A stretch of 64,000 nt of DNA, from NCBI GenBank assembly GCA_050613775.1, contig JBODTK010000143.1:62001-126000 (forward strand), in the 5' to 3' direction. The notes below the pieces were generated by a model. That model saw nothing but the letters and a program-made list of their open reading frames with translations, did no database searches and was not told the DNA's origin. This DNA is from Neocallimastix sp. 'constans' (Eukaryota). Positions 13,243-26,663 of this stretch are shown here, piece after piece. The first letter of the stretch is position 1; each line of letters starts with the position of its first letter. A program made the position numbers and the translations under genes.

Positions 13243-15409
13243 AATATTTTTTTTTTTTTTACCCTGCTCTGTCATAAATACATGATTTTGTTATATTTGA
13301 TGATCTATTAAATGTTTCACTCCATAATAATGAAGAAGATATAAACAACCCTGATTCAAATAATACCTTTTTTTTTTTTTGTTATCATAAATATATATAA
13401 TAAAAATAAAAAATAATATATATATATATAAATGTCCATTTATTATTCATTTTTATTTTCAATTTTTTTTTTTTTTATTTTCAAAAATTTTTTTTTTTTG
13501 TTTTTTTACTTACGGTTACTGGTCCCTGACCAGAGCATTGAATATGTAAAGAAAATGCTTTCTTACCACCACCACCATCACGATGACTATTATTATTGAT
13601 ATTCGTCATTTGACCTGGAAATACCGTAAGGTAGCGATGTCTATCATAATAGTAAAGAGAAGTTCTACAGAAGAGCATGACCAATATGATGATATAAAAA
13701 AATTGAATGAGGAAGAGGAAAAGTTTATAAAAATGATTCACTCGTTTTATTCTTTTATAGGGGGTTTGTTGACGGCAAAAGCTTGGTTGAAGATTAAGGG
13801 CCAATTTTTTTTTCGGTTCATTTGTATTCGCATTAACGATGACAGGCTGATTTAAATTATTTGGTGTTGGTGAAATTGATGATGGGCGTACGAAGGGTTC
13901 GGTAGAAGAAGAAGAAGAAGAAGAAGCTAAAGGTAATAAATGTTTCATTTGAGAGGAAGGAGGCATAGTAGTAGGATTTGAGGAGGAAAAGGGTTGAGAG
14001 TGAGGAGGAGGAGGATTCGAGGATCTGATAACGGAATAAGGTTGTGAAGTCAAATTAGTTATTTGAGTGGATGGGATAGAGGAAGTCATATAAGAAGTCG
14101 ATTGAGAAAGATGAATTGATGGAGTAATTAAAGAGGATGCATGAGAAGGTTGCGTTGTCTGTGTAATCGGGGATAATAAGTGATTTGACGGAGTGAGTGA
14201 AGAAGCAATAGAAGATGAATGATTAGAAGAAGTTATATCTTTTGTATATTCTGAATCTTCTGAAGGTATTACTGAAATTAGTTCTATTTCATTATTTTTA
14301 TCTATAGATGATAAAGTAATGGCGATATCCGTTGTCGTCGTGAGAGGTAAAATATTATTGCTGATAGAATCATTTATGGATTCTTTATTTCCAGAATAAG
14401 AAATATGATATTCAGGATGAGTCATCGTTTGACTATGACAAGTCATTAAATTTTTAGGAATATCATCAGAGACTGCAGATTGATTAGGATTAATTGAACT
14501 CAAATCATTTTTAAATGTAGGATTAATCTTTGTCGTGGACATACTGGAATAATCGGCTTCATAGCTCTCTTCCGAATTTAAATAGGTTTTCATTTTCACT
14601 TCATCCTCCTTCTTTTCATTTTCCTTCATTTTTTCAATATTACTTATAATGTAGCTATTTCGTTCTTGACTGTAATCATAACTTTTAACAGTTATTCTAG
14701 AGGGAATACTCTGCAGTTGTTGTTGTTGTGGATCATCAGTAATTTCTTGAACTTGAATATTTAAAGGATTAAAGGTACTTTGAGTTATGGTAAGATGGAA
14801 TTTATTTCCATTTCCATTTCCATTATCATTAAGATTTTCCAACTTATTATGATTATTATTGTTGTTATTATTGCTATTCATATTCTCATCTTTATTACCA
14901 TGGTCATAACCCAATCCCTTAAAAATTTTTATTTCTTTTCCTAAAGTAAATAAAATTTTTTTTGCTAAATGTTCGTTGAAGTAATATACTCTTTCGAAAA
15001 AATCATTTCTAGAATTTTTTGACAGTAATAAAAACATAGCGATACTTTGTATCATTCCAATGATTAAATAGAGAAATCGTATGAAAGAGAAAAAAATTGG
15101 TAAAAAAATAAGCATGATGAAGAGTAGGATTAATTCGATGGCATGAATTCCAATTAATACCTTATAAAAGAAAACATTATATGATTTTACATTTATATTT
15201 CGATGAAGCGTCAGAGTAATACCTTGCCACAGAATTACAAGTGAATAGAAAACATCAAAGGAATGAAAAGGTTCACTTTCAAGTAAGGATAGAACAGTAT
15301 GAGAACAAAAAAGAATAAAATAAAATACGGTTAACAATAATAAGAAAAGAGTTTTTTTTTTGATATATATTCTTTTTTTATGATCTGGAGTTGTATCTTC
15401 TATATCCAT
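11647..15409 (-). CDS. Membrane-anchored alpha/beta-fold hydrolase, 5 exons, ~910 aa
   Basis: Exons 15409-13514, 13366-13263, 12910-12785, 12580-12301 and 11973-11647 have GT-AG boundaries and total 2733 nt in frame. Joined motifs: LHIQCSGQGPVT|VLFESG, CIYDRAG|YGWSD, GPFILVSHSYG|S (nucleophile elbow), GMILIEP, C-terminal CEHYVP (catalytic His). N-terminal hydrophobic helices and a long Ser/Pro/Thr-rich linker precede the domain. Confidence 0.88.
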
Positions 15410-16054
15410 TTTTCTTTTTTTTTTCTTTTTTTTTTTTTTTTTTTTTAAAAAAATTTGATGTTATTGTTTTTTTTTTTTTTTTTTTTTAAATTTGATGCTT
15501 TTTTTTTTTTTTTTTTTTTTTAAATTTGATGTTATTGTTTTTTTTTTTTTTTTTGCTATTAGTATTTTAAATTAATTATTATATAAATCTTATTATTCTG
15601 AAATAATTAAAGTAGTGTTCTTTAAAAATATTTAATTATTTTCTTATTAAATAAATAAAAAAATAAAAAAAAAAAAATTAAAATGTTAACTTTTAAAAAA
15701 AAGGTTATTTTAAATTTATTATATTTAATTAAATAAAAATAATTAATATATTATTTATTATCACATCATTGGTTTAAAATGCTTTTATACCATAATTAAT
15801 TTTATTAAAAGATGGTATATACATATTATTTTTTAATAAATTATATCACATAAATAAGTTTTACTTATTAATTAAAAAGAAGAAAAGAAAAGAAAAAATA
15901 ATTTTAAATTTTAAATTATAAAATTAATCCTGTTACATAGTAAAAATTAAACAAAGAAAAATACTAAATATAAAATTTATTATTATTATTATTATATATA
16001 AAAATTTTAATAATTTAAATTTTTATTTATATATAAAAATAAAAATATGAATTA

Positions 16055-16085
<31 letters not shown>

Positions 16086-16662
16086 TTTTTGAATAAAAAA
16101 GAAAAAATCAAAGTTTTTAATTAAAAGAGAAATTAATTATCAAAACTTTAATTTTTTTTTTTTTAAAAAACTTTAATTATTAAAAAAAATAATAGATAAA
16201 AAAAAAAATTAAAATTTTTGGATATTTGGATAAAAATTTAAGAAAAAGTATTGAATGTATTGAATAAAAAAAAAAAAAAAAAAAATTAAACAAAGAAAAG
16301 TAACTAAAAATAGAATATTTATTATTTATTTGTTTAATTAATATATAATATCATATTATCATATTAATCTTTTAATTATTTCATTTTTATTATTATTATT
16401 TTTTTTTATTTTATTATATCTACATCTCCATATATCTATAAATATATATTATCAATTTTAATGATTCATTAAAATAATAATTAAATAATAATAATAATAA
16501 TAATAATATAATAATAATAAAAAAAATTATCAATATAAATAAAAGTATATTATCTTTTATTTATATTTTTTCCCTTTATAATCATTATAGATATTTTTAT
16601 AATAGATATTTTTATATTTATAAAAAATAAATTTTTAGAATTATCATTTAAACATATTAATA

Positions 16663-16717
<55 letters not shown>

Positions 16718-16828
16718 TTATATTTTATATTTTATATTTTATATTCTTATTATTATTGAATAAATGTATCATTTCATTAACTTTTTTCAATTCGTTTCAA
16801 AAAAAAAAAAAAAAAAAAAAAAGTATCT

Positions 16829-16867
<39 letters not shown>

Positions 16868-17105
16868 TTTTTTTTACTTTAATAGAATAAAGTTTTTATC
16901 GGATTGGAATGGCATTTTTAAAAAGAATTTCTTGAAACAGTGGAAATAAAAAAAAAAAAAAAAAAAAAAAAACTCCCATCTTTTGTTTTTACTTTTCTAT
17001 AGATAAATAATTAAATGTATGGATCATCCAACAAGTTGATTATAGTAATTTTCCTTTATAATTTTTATTATTTTATGGAATAATAAAAATTTTTTTTTTA
17101 ATTTT

Positions 17106-17145
<40 letters not shown>

Positions 17146-18784
17146 CAAATGTTCAAATATTCAAATGTTCAAATGTTACTAATAAATAATTAGTTATAAA
17201 ATATAACTATATAAAATTATATATATATCATATTCATTGATTACTATATCTATTAAATCTTTTTTTTTTTTTTTTGGTATTATTTTATAAAATCTTTTTT
17301 TTTAAAAAATATGAAAATGATCTTTATCATCTTCATTATTTTTGTGATTAAACTATTTAATTTAAGAATAAATATATATATTTTTTTTATTAACACTGGA
17401 GTCTTAGAGACTCTTAATTTGTTAAAATTCTGTCGCCTAAGTTCCTACAATTATGTCAGTTTTATTCATATACTTTAATTATGTCAATTTTTATTAAGAT
17501 ATTTTTATGATAAAAACTTTGTTAGTATCTATTTTTAGTACAAAATACAAGTATTTATATCTTATTTGTATCTTTAAAATGTGGTTAACACATTAATTTA
17601 CATATATTATATTTCAATATATTTGATGTTAAACTTCCTATGTATTTCACATATTCTAACAATATTTTTGAGTAATTTAAAATATTTCTAAAATATAATA
17701 GTTTTATTCTATTCTATTCTATTCTATTCTATTCTATTCTATTCTATTCTATTTTATTTTATTTAGTAAGAATATCTCACATTATAATTTATTATATTAT
17801 AAAAATAAATATATATATATATATATTTATTTTCATTAATGACATATCATCAGTATTTTTCATTATAATTGACTTTTTTATAATTATCTTATCTTCTTTA
17901 GTATTTGTTTTTACCTTTAAATATATTATATTAAAAACATAAATCTATAAAATATACCATAATTATATGGTCAAACTAAAAATATATGAAATATATGCAT
18001 TATATCATATGATATATTCTGTGATATACGGGACTTTTATGTGCACTGGCTGTTTTTATTAATAAAGCTATTTATTTAATAATCTTTATTAATAATTATT
18101 ATTTTTTTTTGCTAATTCTTTAGTATAATAACAATCCAGTTATTGAATTAGAAGTAATATTTTTTTGAACATCATTAAAATAAATTTATAATATAGTAAC
18201 TATTAATTTTATTATATTTTAACTATATAAATAAATTTAATATGCAAAATAAAAATAAATATTATGATATACAAAAAAAGTATTATTATATTTAAAGATA
18301 TAGATACTATTTATTATTTATATTTATAATAATTATAATATATAATATATAATGTAATGTATACTAACTATGAATTATAATAAAATTATTAAATATAGAA
18401 AATTATTATTATAACATATGTAAGATGAAATAATTGAAATAATATAGAATATATATTAATATATAATTCAAATAAGAAATTATTTTTAAGAATTATAATT
18501 AAGAAAAGCTCTAAATTGAATGCAATATTAAATATAATATTAATTAATTGAATATAAATTGAATTAAATTGAATGTAATATTAAATTGAATATATTATTA
18601 ATTAAATAGAATAGAATATAAATTGAATAGATTATATTATTTAATTTGTTGCTGTACCTCTTCTGTATTTATTATATCAATTTGAAATAAATGAAAATTT
18701 ATAAAAATTTAAGGGATTAATCACAAAAAAAAAAAATTATAATTAATAGAATGGTTCAGTTATAAAAAATATTTTTATTTTATT

Positions 18785-20100
18785 AATTATAAATAATGGA
18801 ATAATAAATAATAAATAATAAATAATAAATAATAAATAATAAATAATAAATAATAAATAATAAATAATTGAATAATAAATAAATAATAATAAATAATTGA
18901 ATAATAAATAATAAATAATAAATAATTGAATAATAAATAAATAATAATAAATAATTGAATAATAAATAATAAATAATAAATAATTGAATAATAAATAAAT
19001 AATAATAAATAATTGAATAATAAATAATAAATAATAATAAGAGTATTTATTAATAAATAATAAATAATAAATAATAAAAAGAGTATTTATTAATAATAAA
19101 TAATAAATAATAAATAATAAAGAGTATTTATTAATAAATAATAAATAATAAATAATAAATAATAAAAAGAATATTTATTAATAAATAATAATAAAAAGAG
19201 TATTTATTAATAAATAATAAATAATAAATAATAAATAATAAAAAGAATATTTATTAATAAATAATAATAAAAAGAGTATTTATTAATAATAAATAATAAA
19301 TAATAAATAATAAATAATAATAAATAATAAATAATAAATAATTAATAATAAATAAAAATAATAAATAAATAAATAAATAAATAATAAATAATAAATAATA
19401 AATAATAAATAATAAATAATAAATAATAAATAATAAATAATAAATAATAAATAATAATAAAAAGAGTATTTATTAATAATAAATAATAAATAATAAATAA
19501 TAAATAATAAAGAGTATTTATTAATAAATAATAAATAATAAATAATAAAAAGAATATTTATTAATAAATAATAATAAAAAGAGTATTTATTAATAATAAA
19601 TAATTGAATAATAAATAATAAATAATAAATAAATAAATATTATGTATACCCCTTATTTATTATTTAATTATTAATTATTTATTATTTAATTATTAATTAT
19701 TTATTATTTATTATTTATTATTTATTATTTATTATTTATTATTTATTATTTATTATTTATTATTTATTATTTATTATTATTTATTATTTATTATTAATAA
19801 ATACTCTTTTTATTATTATTTATTAATAAATATTCTTTTTATTATTTATTATTTATTTATTATTTATTATTTATTATTTATTATTCAATTATTTATTATT
19901 AATAAATACTCTTTTTATTATTATTTATTAATAAATATTCTTTTTATTATTTATTATTTATTTATTATTTATTATTTATTATTCAATTATTTATTTATTT
20001 ATTTATTATTTATTATTTAATTATTATTTATTATTTATTTATTATTTATTATTTATTATTTATTTATTATTTATTATTTATTATTTATTTATTATTTAGT
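18785..20100. repeat. Large inverted (foldback) arrangement of the AT-rich modular satellite, centre ~19645
   Basis: 18785-19640 consists of AATAAAT/AATTGAAT/AAAAAGAGTATTTATT units. 19653-20100 consists of their reverse complements. The short spacer is TATGTATACCCC. Confidence 0.8.
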
Positions 20101-20558
20101 AAGAATTAATAAATAATATTTTTATAATTTTTAAAGTTATTAATAAAGATTTATATTTATATTTAATTAATAAAAAAAAAATTAATACTTGAGTAGTACA
20201 AAAAAAATTTTTTGTTTTTCTTATTTCAATTTTCATACATTTATTTATTTATTATTTATTTATTTTATTATTAATTTATTTATTTATTTATTTTATTATT
20301 AATTTATTTATTTATTTACATTTTGGATATTTTTTTTTTTTTGATTTTGACAAATGAATAAATTAAAATGCAAAAAAAAAAATTATTTTTTTGATCTATT
20401 CTATTAATTTTTTATATTACAATAATATATTACAATAATATATTACAATAATACTTGTAATTACAATGAATGAATTAAAAAATTAAAATGAAAATTTTTG
20501 GATAATTAAAAAAATGAAAAAATTAGAAATAAAAAAAAATGAAAAAAAAAAAACATTC

Positions 20559-20593
<35 letters not shown>

Positions 20594-20876
20594 TTTTACT
20601 TTTTTATTTCTAATTTTTTTTTTTTTTACTATAAAATAATATATTATTATTATTATTATTATTAAAAAAAATATTTTAATATTAATAATAATAATATATA
20701 ATTCATAACTTCATAATAAAAATATTAATAATTTATAGTCATATAAATTCAATTAAATATTAAATATTGATTTTTATTTTATTTTATTTTATTTATTTTT
20801 TTTTTTTTTTAAAAAAAAAAAAAACTATTGAAATAAAAGTTTTTATTGAAATTTCAATATTTAAAATATTTTTATT

Positions 20877-22070
20877 ATGTCTTTATTTTTTCAGAAACAA
20901 ACAAATTATATCTATTTTATAATACTTTTATATGGATTGATTATTCCATATAGTATTGCTTCAGATTGTGATGTTTTTGCCAATGTTATTAATTTATTGG
21001 GTGGTAGTTTAAAAAATAATCTTTCAAGAGTCAATAATTGTTGTGATTTTAGTGGAATTACTTGTGATACTGATAATAGAATTACCGAAATGTAATTAAT
21101 GTTTTTTTTTTTTTTTTTTTTTTTTTTTATGATTATTATTATTTTTATCATTAATACAAATTTTAAAAATTATAATTCCAAATATTTAAAAATTAATGTA
21201 ATAATGTAAATAACTAATTTTGCTTATCTATTAGAAAAATTACCAAATTAGATAGCCATGAAGAAGATAAATTTGAAAAAGTGATTGATGAATTTAGTAA
21301 ATTAAAAAGTTTAACTTCATTGTAAATATATTAATTTCAGAAATAATTTCATAATACATATTCATAACAAGAAATATATTTATTATTAATTTATTATTAT
21401 AAATATTTTTATTTTAAAATATTAGACAACTATCTGAATTTAATACTTTAAGTCGAACAGGAATCCCTAGTAATATTGGAAAATTAACAAATTTAAAAAA
21501 ATTGTAAACTATTAATAAAAAATTATAGAATTAAATGTTTAATATATTTTATATTTAATAAAAATATTTAATTTAATAATTGTTATTTTTTTTTTTTTTT
21601 TTTTATTTTTTATTTTTTTTTTTATTTTTTTTTTATTTTTTTATTTTTTTTATATTATATTATTGTTTAATAAAAAGAATAATCAGTAATTCTAGTGGCG
21701 AGTGTGAGAAAACTACTATTCCACAAGAAATTGGTGACTTGGTTAATTTGGAAGTTTTGTAAGTTTGATAGTAAAATAACAAGATAAATTTTATTTTTTT
21801 TTTCCATTATAAAATATATATGCATTATATCAATATTTTAAAATAAAAGACGATTACTTTTAATTACTAAAAATTCAATTATTTATTTTTATATTAAAAT
21901 TATCATTATTATTATTATTAAATTTTATTTAGAGATTTATCTAATAATAAACATGAAGGAAAAATTCCAAAAACTTTTGAAAAACTAGTAAATTTAAATA
22001 CATTGTATGCATTAAATTTTTAAAATTTTAAATTAAACTATATATTATATATTGATTGGTATTTGAATAT

Positions 22071-22113
<43 letters not shown>

Positions 22114-22605
22114 CATTATAAAGTATATTCAATATATCAATTTATTAATAAAAAAATAATAATAATAATTAATTTTCATTTACAATAAATTTTATTATTA
22201 TTTATTTTTATACTAATATTATCATTATTATTATTTGTCAAAATTTATGTAGAGATTTATCTAAAAATAATCTTGAAGGAAAATTTCCTGATTCTTTAGA
22301 AAAGCTTGTGAATTTAAAAACATTGTATGTATTAATATTTTTTAAAATTTAAAATAAAAATATTTACGATTTACGATTTATACAAAACTATATTGATATA
22401 TATTTGAATATTAAATAGAGATTAAAAAAAAAAAAAAAAATGTTAGTATTAATGAGTTTTATATCTTTAATTTATTATTTTTATGTATTAGAAATTTGGG
22501 TGGTAATAAATTCGAAGGTACTATACCTCTTACTCTAGAAAAATTAAAGAATCTTACTAAATTGTAAGTTTTATTCCTATCATTAAATTTATATATATAA
22601 ATATT

Positions 22606-22636
<31 letters not shown>

Positions 22637-22682
22637 ATATAAATTTTTATTATTTAATTATTTGTTTGTTTAATAATTTATC

Positions 22683-22726
<44 letters not shown>

Positions 22727-23305
22727 TTAAGTGAAAATTCAGGATTAAAAGGTTATGTTCCTTTAATACCAAATGTAGATGAATGTGACTATAGTGGTAC
22801 AGATTTATGTTATTTAAAGACATCATGTTCTTCAGGATTTCTTTGTAGTAAAAAAACAATTCTAGAAACTAATAAAGAAAATGGTAGTACTGATCCAAAC
22901 AAATATGAAGATAAAAGTGAATCAAAATTTGATGTATTTATAAGAACTCTATTTTTTATTTGTATAATAGTTTGTATTTCCTTATATTGTTGTCGTCGTT
23001 GTTGTAATTTCTGTGATTGTGATTGCTGTTACGTATGTAATTGCTGTTACGTGTGTAATTGCTGTAACACGTGTAATTGCTGTTCCAACAATTCTCATAC
23101 CTTTGTTCAAGTTGAAAATGGTAATGCTGGTAATAATGTACAAAATCAAGCCTATCCATCCTACGTTGCACAACCCATGCCAACGATTCCAACCGCTGCA
23201 TATAATCCTCAAGCTGTTCCTTCCTATCCTCCTTATCAAACCTCAGTTCCACCTGAAAAACCTGGTGAACTTCCACCCTATACTCCAACCGCTCCTGAAA
23301 TTTAA
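20877..23305 (+). CDS. LRR receptor-like single-pass membrane protein A, 8 exons, ~419 aa
   Basis: Exons 20877-21091, 21235-21321, 21426-21503, 21678-21758, 21933-22004, 22253-22324, 22492-22563 and 22723-23305 are GT-AG, all phase 2, and total 1260 nt in frame. Encodes a signal peptide, Cys cap (SDC..NCCDFSGITCD), 24-aa LRRs (LDLSNNKHEGKIPKTFEKLVNLNT), Cys C-cap, TM (VFIRTLFFICIIVCISLY), Cys-rich segment and Pro-rich tail. Confidence 0.9.
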
Positions 23306-24129
23306 ATATATCAAAATAAAATTATCATAATTAAAAGTTTAAATAATTAAGTTAAAAAAAAAAAAAAAAAAAAAAAATTAAGTAAATAAATATAAAATAA
23401 ATAAAAAGTAAAAATAGATTTTAGAATAAAAAAAAAAAAAAAAAAAAAATAGAAATCAATATTAATATTAATAATATTTAATTAAAAATTATTATTATTA
23501 ATTCAATGTAATAAAATAAAATAAAAACATTCATATTTTAGTATTTTAATATTTTAATAATATTGTAAAAATAAAATATTATAAAAAAAATATAGAAAAA
23601 AAAAATATAGAAAAAAATAATAATAATAAATAAAAATTAAAGATTATTATTTATAAATAAATAAAAATATATATATATAATAGAACTATATCATAATAAT
23701 AATAAGAAAAAAAAAATTTTACAATTTGTTATTGAAATGGAGATATTTCATTTTTCATTTTCATTTTTCATTTTTCATTCTTTTTTTTTTAACATTAAAA
23801 AAAAAAAAAAAAAAAGAATTAATTTATTTTTTAATTTATTTTTAATTTATTATAAATTTATTTATTTATTTATTTATTTACTTATTTATTTATTAGAAAA
23901 AAAAATTTTTTTTAAATTATTTTTAACTTTATATAAAAAAAAATATTATTATAGAGATATTTATAGACTAAAGAAATAATATTTTTAATATTTATTTATT
24001 ATTTATATATATATATAATAAATTATAATTAATTATTTTAAAAAAAAAAATAATTAAAGAATAAAATATATATTAATATATTAATAATAAATATTTTTAT
24101 AATAATAATAATAATAATAATATAATAAA

Positions 24130-24611
24130 TATTGTTACCTTTGCAAAAACGTTTTGGACCGAGGAATGCAAAAAATTTAATCTTATTTTACAAAAAAAAA
24201 AAAAAAAAAAAAAAAAAACAGAAACAAAATAACTCAAAATAGAAAGAAAACGTCAAACAAAAAGAAATCTAAAAAAAAAAAAAAGTAAATATATCCAAAC
24301 AAAAAAATCTATTGCAACCATCGAGTTTAAAAAAGAAAACGTTTTCTGATGAAGAACTTTATTTAGAAGAGCTTGAAAATATGTATGACAAAAAACTTTA
24401 AATAGTTTTGAACCATGAAAAGAAAAGAAAAAGAGAACACTTAAAAAAATTATTAAAAATAAACTCATCAAAGGCAAAGCATCCATTAGATGTAATTCCA
24501 TTCTGATGTTATTGGTCCTTTCTCAAAAAATCATATCACAAACAGAGAAAAGGAACCTTCTTAATTTTTATTGACGAAATTTACCAAGAAAAAGTTGGAT
24601 TCTTCCTTTTG

Positions 24612-24672
<61 letters not shown>

Positions 24673-24882
24673 ATGGAAATGAGAATACCTATGATGATTC
24701 CCGAAAAACCTATATATACAATGTGAAGAAGAAGAATAAACATAGGGAAGATAATACAGAATCCAAGGAAAATAATTCGTCTATTTCAGGAAAAGGTTAA
24801 GGAACCTGAATCTGAATGATCCGATTCATCTACCGAAGATTAAGAAAACTAATGTTAACTGAAAATATTCCAATTAGTAACA

Positions 24883-24915
<33 letters not shown>

Positions 24916-25200
24916 TGTAGATATTAAACTACTTATTCAATTAAAAAGATATAAAGAACATTGAAGAAGTCGATAAGTGTTTCAAATGATAATGACATCA
25001 AATTCCTCTAGGATTATACTTCTTTAGAAGAAGATGAAAATAAAATTTAATCTATCTACAAAAAAAAAAAAAAAAGAAAATCAACTATCTATTATTATTA
25101 ATCAACAAATGCAAAGAAGAAGATTAATTCAAACCATAATACAATATAAATAACTGTTCCTTTTAAAACGTAAGCTGATTCATCCTAAACTTATCAGATA
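24130..25200 (+). mobile_element. Highly degenerate Ty1/copia remnant between the LRR genes
   Basis: HSDVIGP at ~24499-24520 and LIFIDEFT..SW at ~24561-24600 match the start of the copia integrase core. No intact ORF; boundaries approximate. Confidence 0.6.
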
Positions 25201-25262
25201 GTAAGAAATTAAATTAATAATAAAATATTTTTTATAAAAACCTATTTATAGATAAGAAATTA

Positions 25263-25308
<46 letters not shown>

Positions 25309-25924
25309 AATCTTTGAAAAATAATAAATATTCAGTATTAAATAATTTTAATATAAAAAAAAAATAAAATAAAAATAGAAAAGTATTCTCTATGATTTAT
25401 CTCTATTTTTATTTTAATTTGAATAGTTTTTTAAAAAGAATTTTTTTTTTTTTTAAATTTTTTTTATATTTTTATTCTTTATTTAATTTTTATATTTTAA
25501 TTTTTATATTTTTTTTTTTTTTTTTATTTTATTTTATTTATTATTTTAATTTATTTCTATTCTTATCTTGTTTTATTTTATTTTATTTTATTTTATTTTT
25601 ATTTTTTTTTTATTTTTTTCATTAATTATTTCTTTCTTTTTTTTTTTTATTTTTTAAACTAAATAATCATTTATATATTTTTATAATAGTAATAATACTA
25701 GTAATAAAAAAAAGTTTTATTTAAAAAAAAAAAAAATTAATAAATATATATATATATAATTATATATATTATTAATGTTTTTTTTTATTATTGTTCTATA
25801 TATTTATTTTAAATATTATTAATATTATTACTATTGTCATCATTATTATCTTTTCTATTATTATTATTATTATTATTTTAATATTACTGTTTCTTTTACT
25901 ATGTATTTATTTGATTTATTTTTG

Positions 25925-25961
<37 letters not shown>

Positions 25962-26108
25962 TATACTTCTTTAAATTGTTTTAGATGTTTTATTTCGTTT
26001 TTTTTTCTAATAATTTGAATTTTGCTTTTTTTTTTTTTTTATTAATCTATGAATTAATATATAAATATATATATTAAAAATAGTTATTGTATTATTAAAA
26101 ATGATTAT

Positions 26109-26146
<38 letters not shown>

Positions 26147-26398
26147 AGAATTTCGTTTTCTTTGTATTACTGTCAACATAATAATTATTTTTTTTTTATT
26201 TCATTTTGTAAAATTTTGTATTATTTTTTTTTTTTTTTTTTTAATTTCATTTTGATTTTATTACTAATTATTATTAAATTTTATTTTCTTAAGTTAAAAA
26301 AAATTTTTTTTTTTTTAATTTTTTAATTAATTATTTATTTACTTATTATTACGAGAGTGTAACGTGAAATTTCTATATTTTATTATTATAAGAAAATG

Positions 26399-26435
<37 letters not shown>

Positions 26436-26472
26436 AAAGATTAATGTAAAATATATATTATATATATATAAT

Positions 26473-26509
<37 letters not shown>

Positions 26510-26663
26510 ATTTCTTTTTATATATATATATATTAAATGATGTTATATATTAAATAATTTGTTGTCTTCATTTTAATATATTTAAAATGTTTTCATTCTA
26601 TTTCTTTTATATATATATATATAAGTATTATTTTGATTAATCATTCAAACATAAAAAAAAGGT

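Noticed and set aside
13481..15409. 642-aa ORF as a complete protein
   Set aside because: It is exon 1 running into an intron (GTAAGT at 13513); the spliced product continues into the hydrolase domain.
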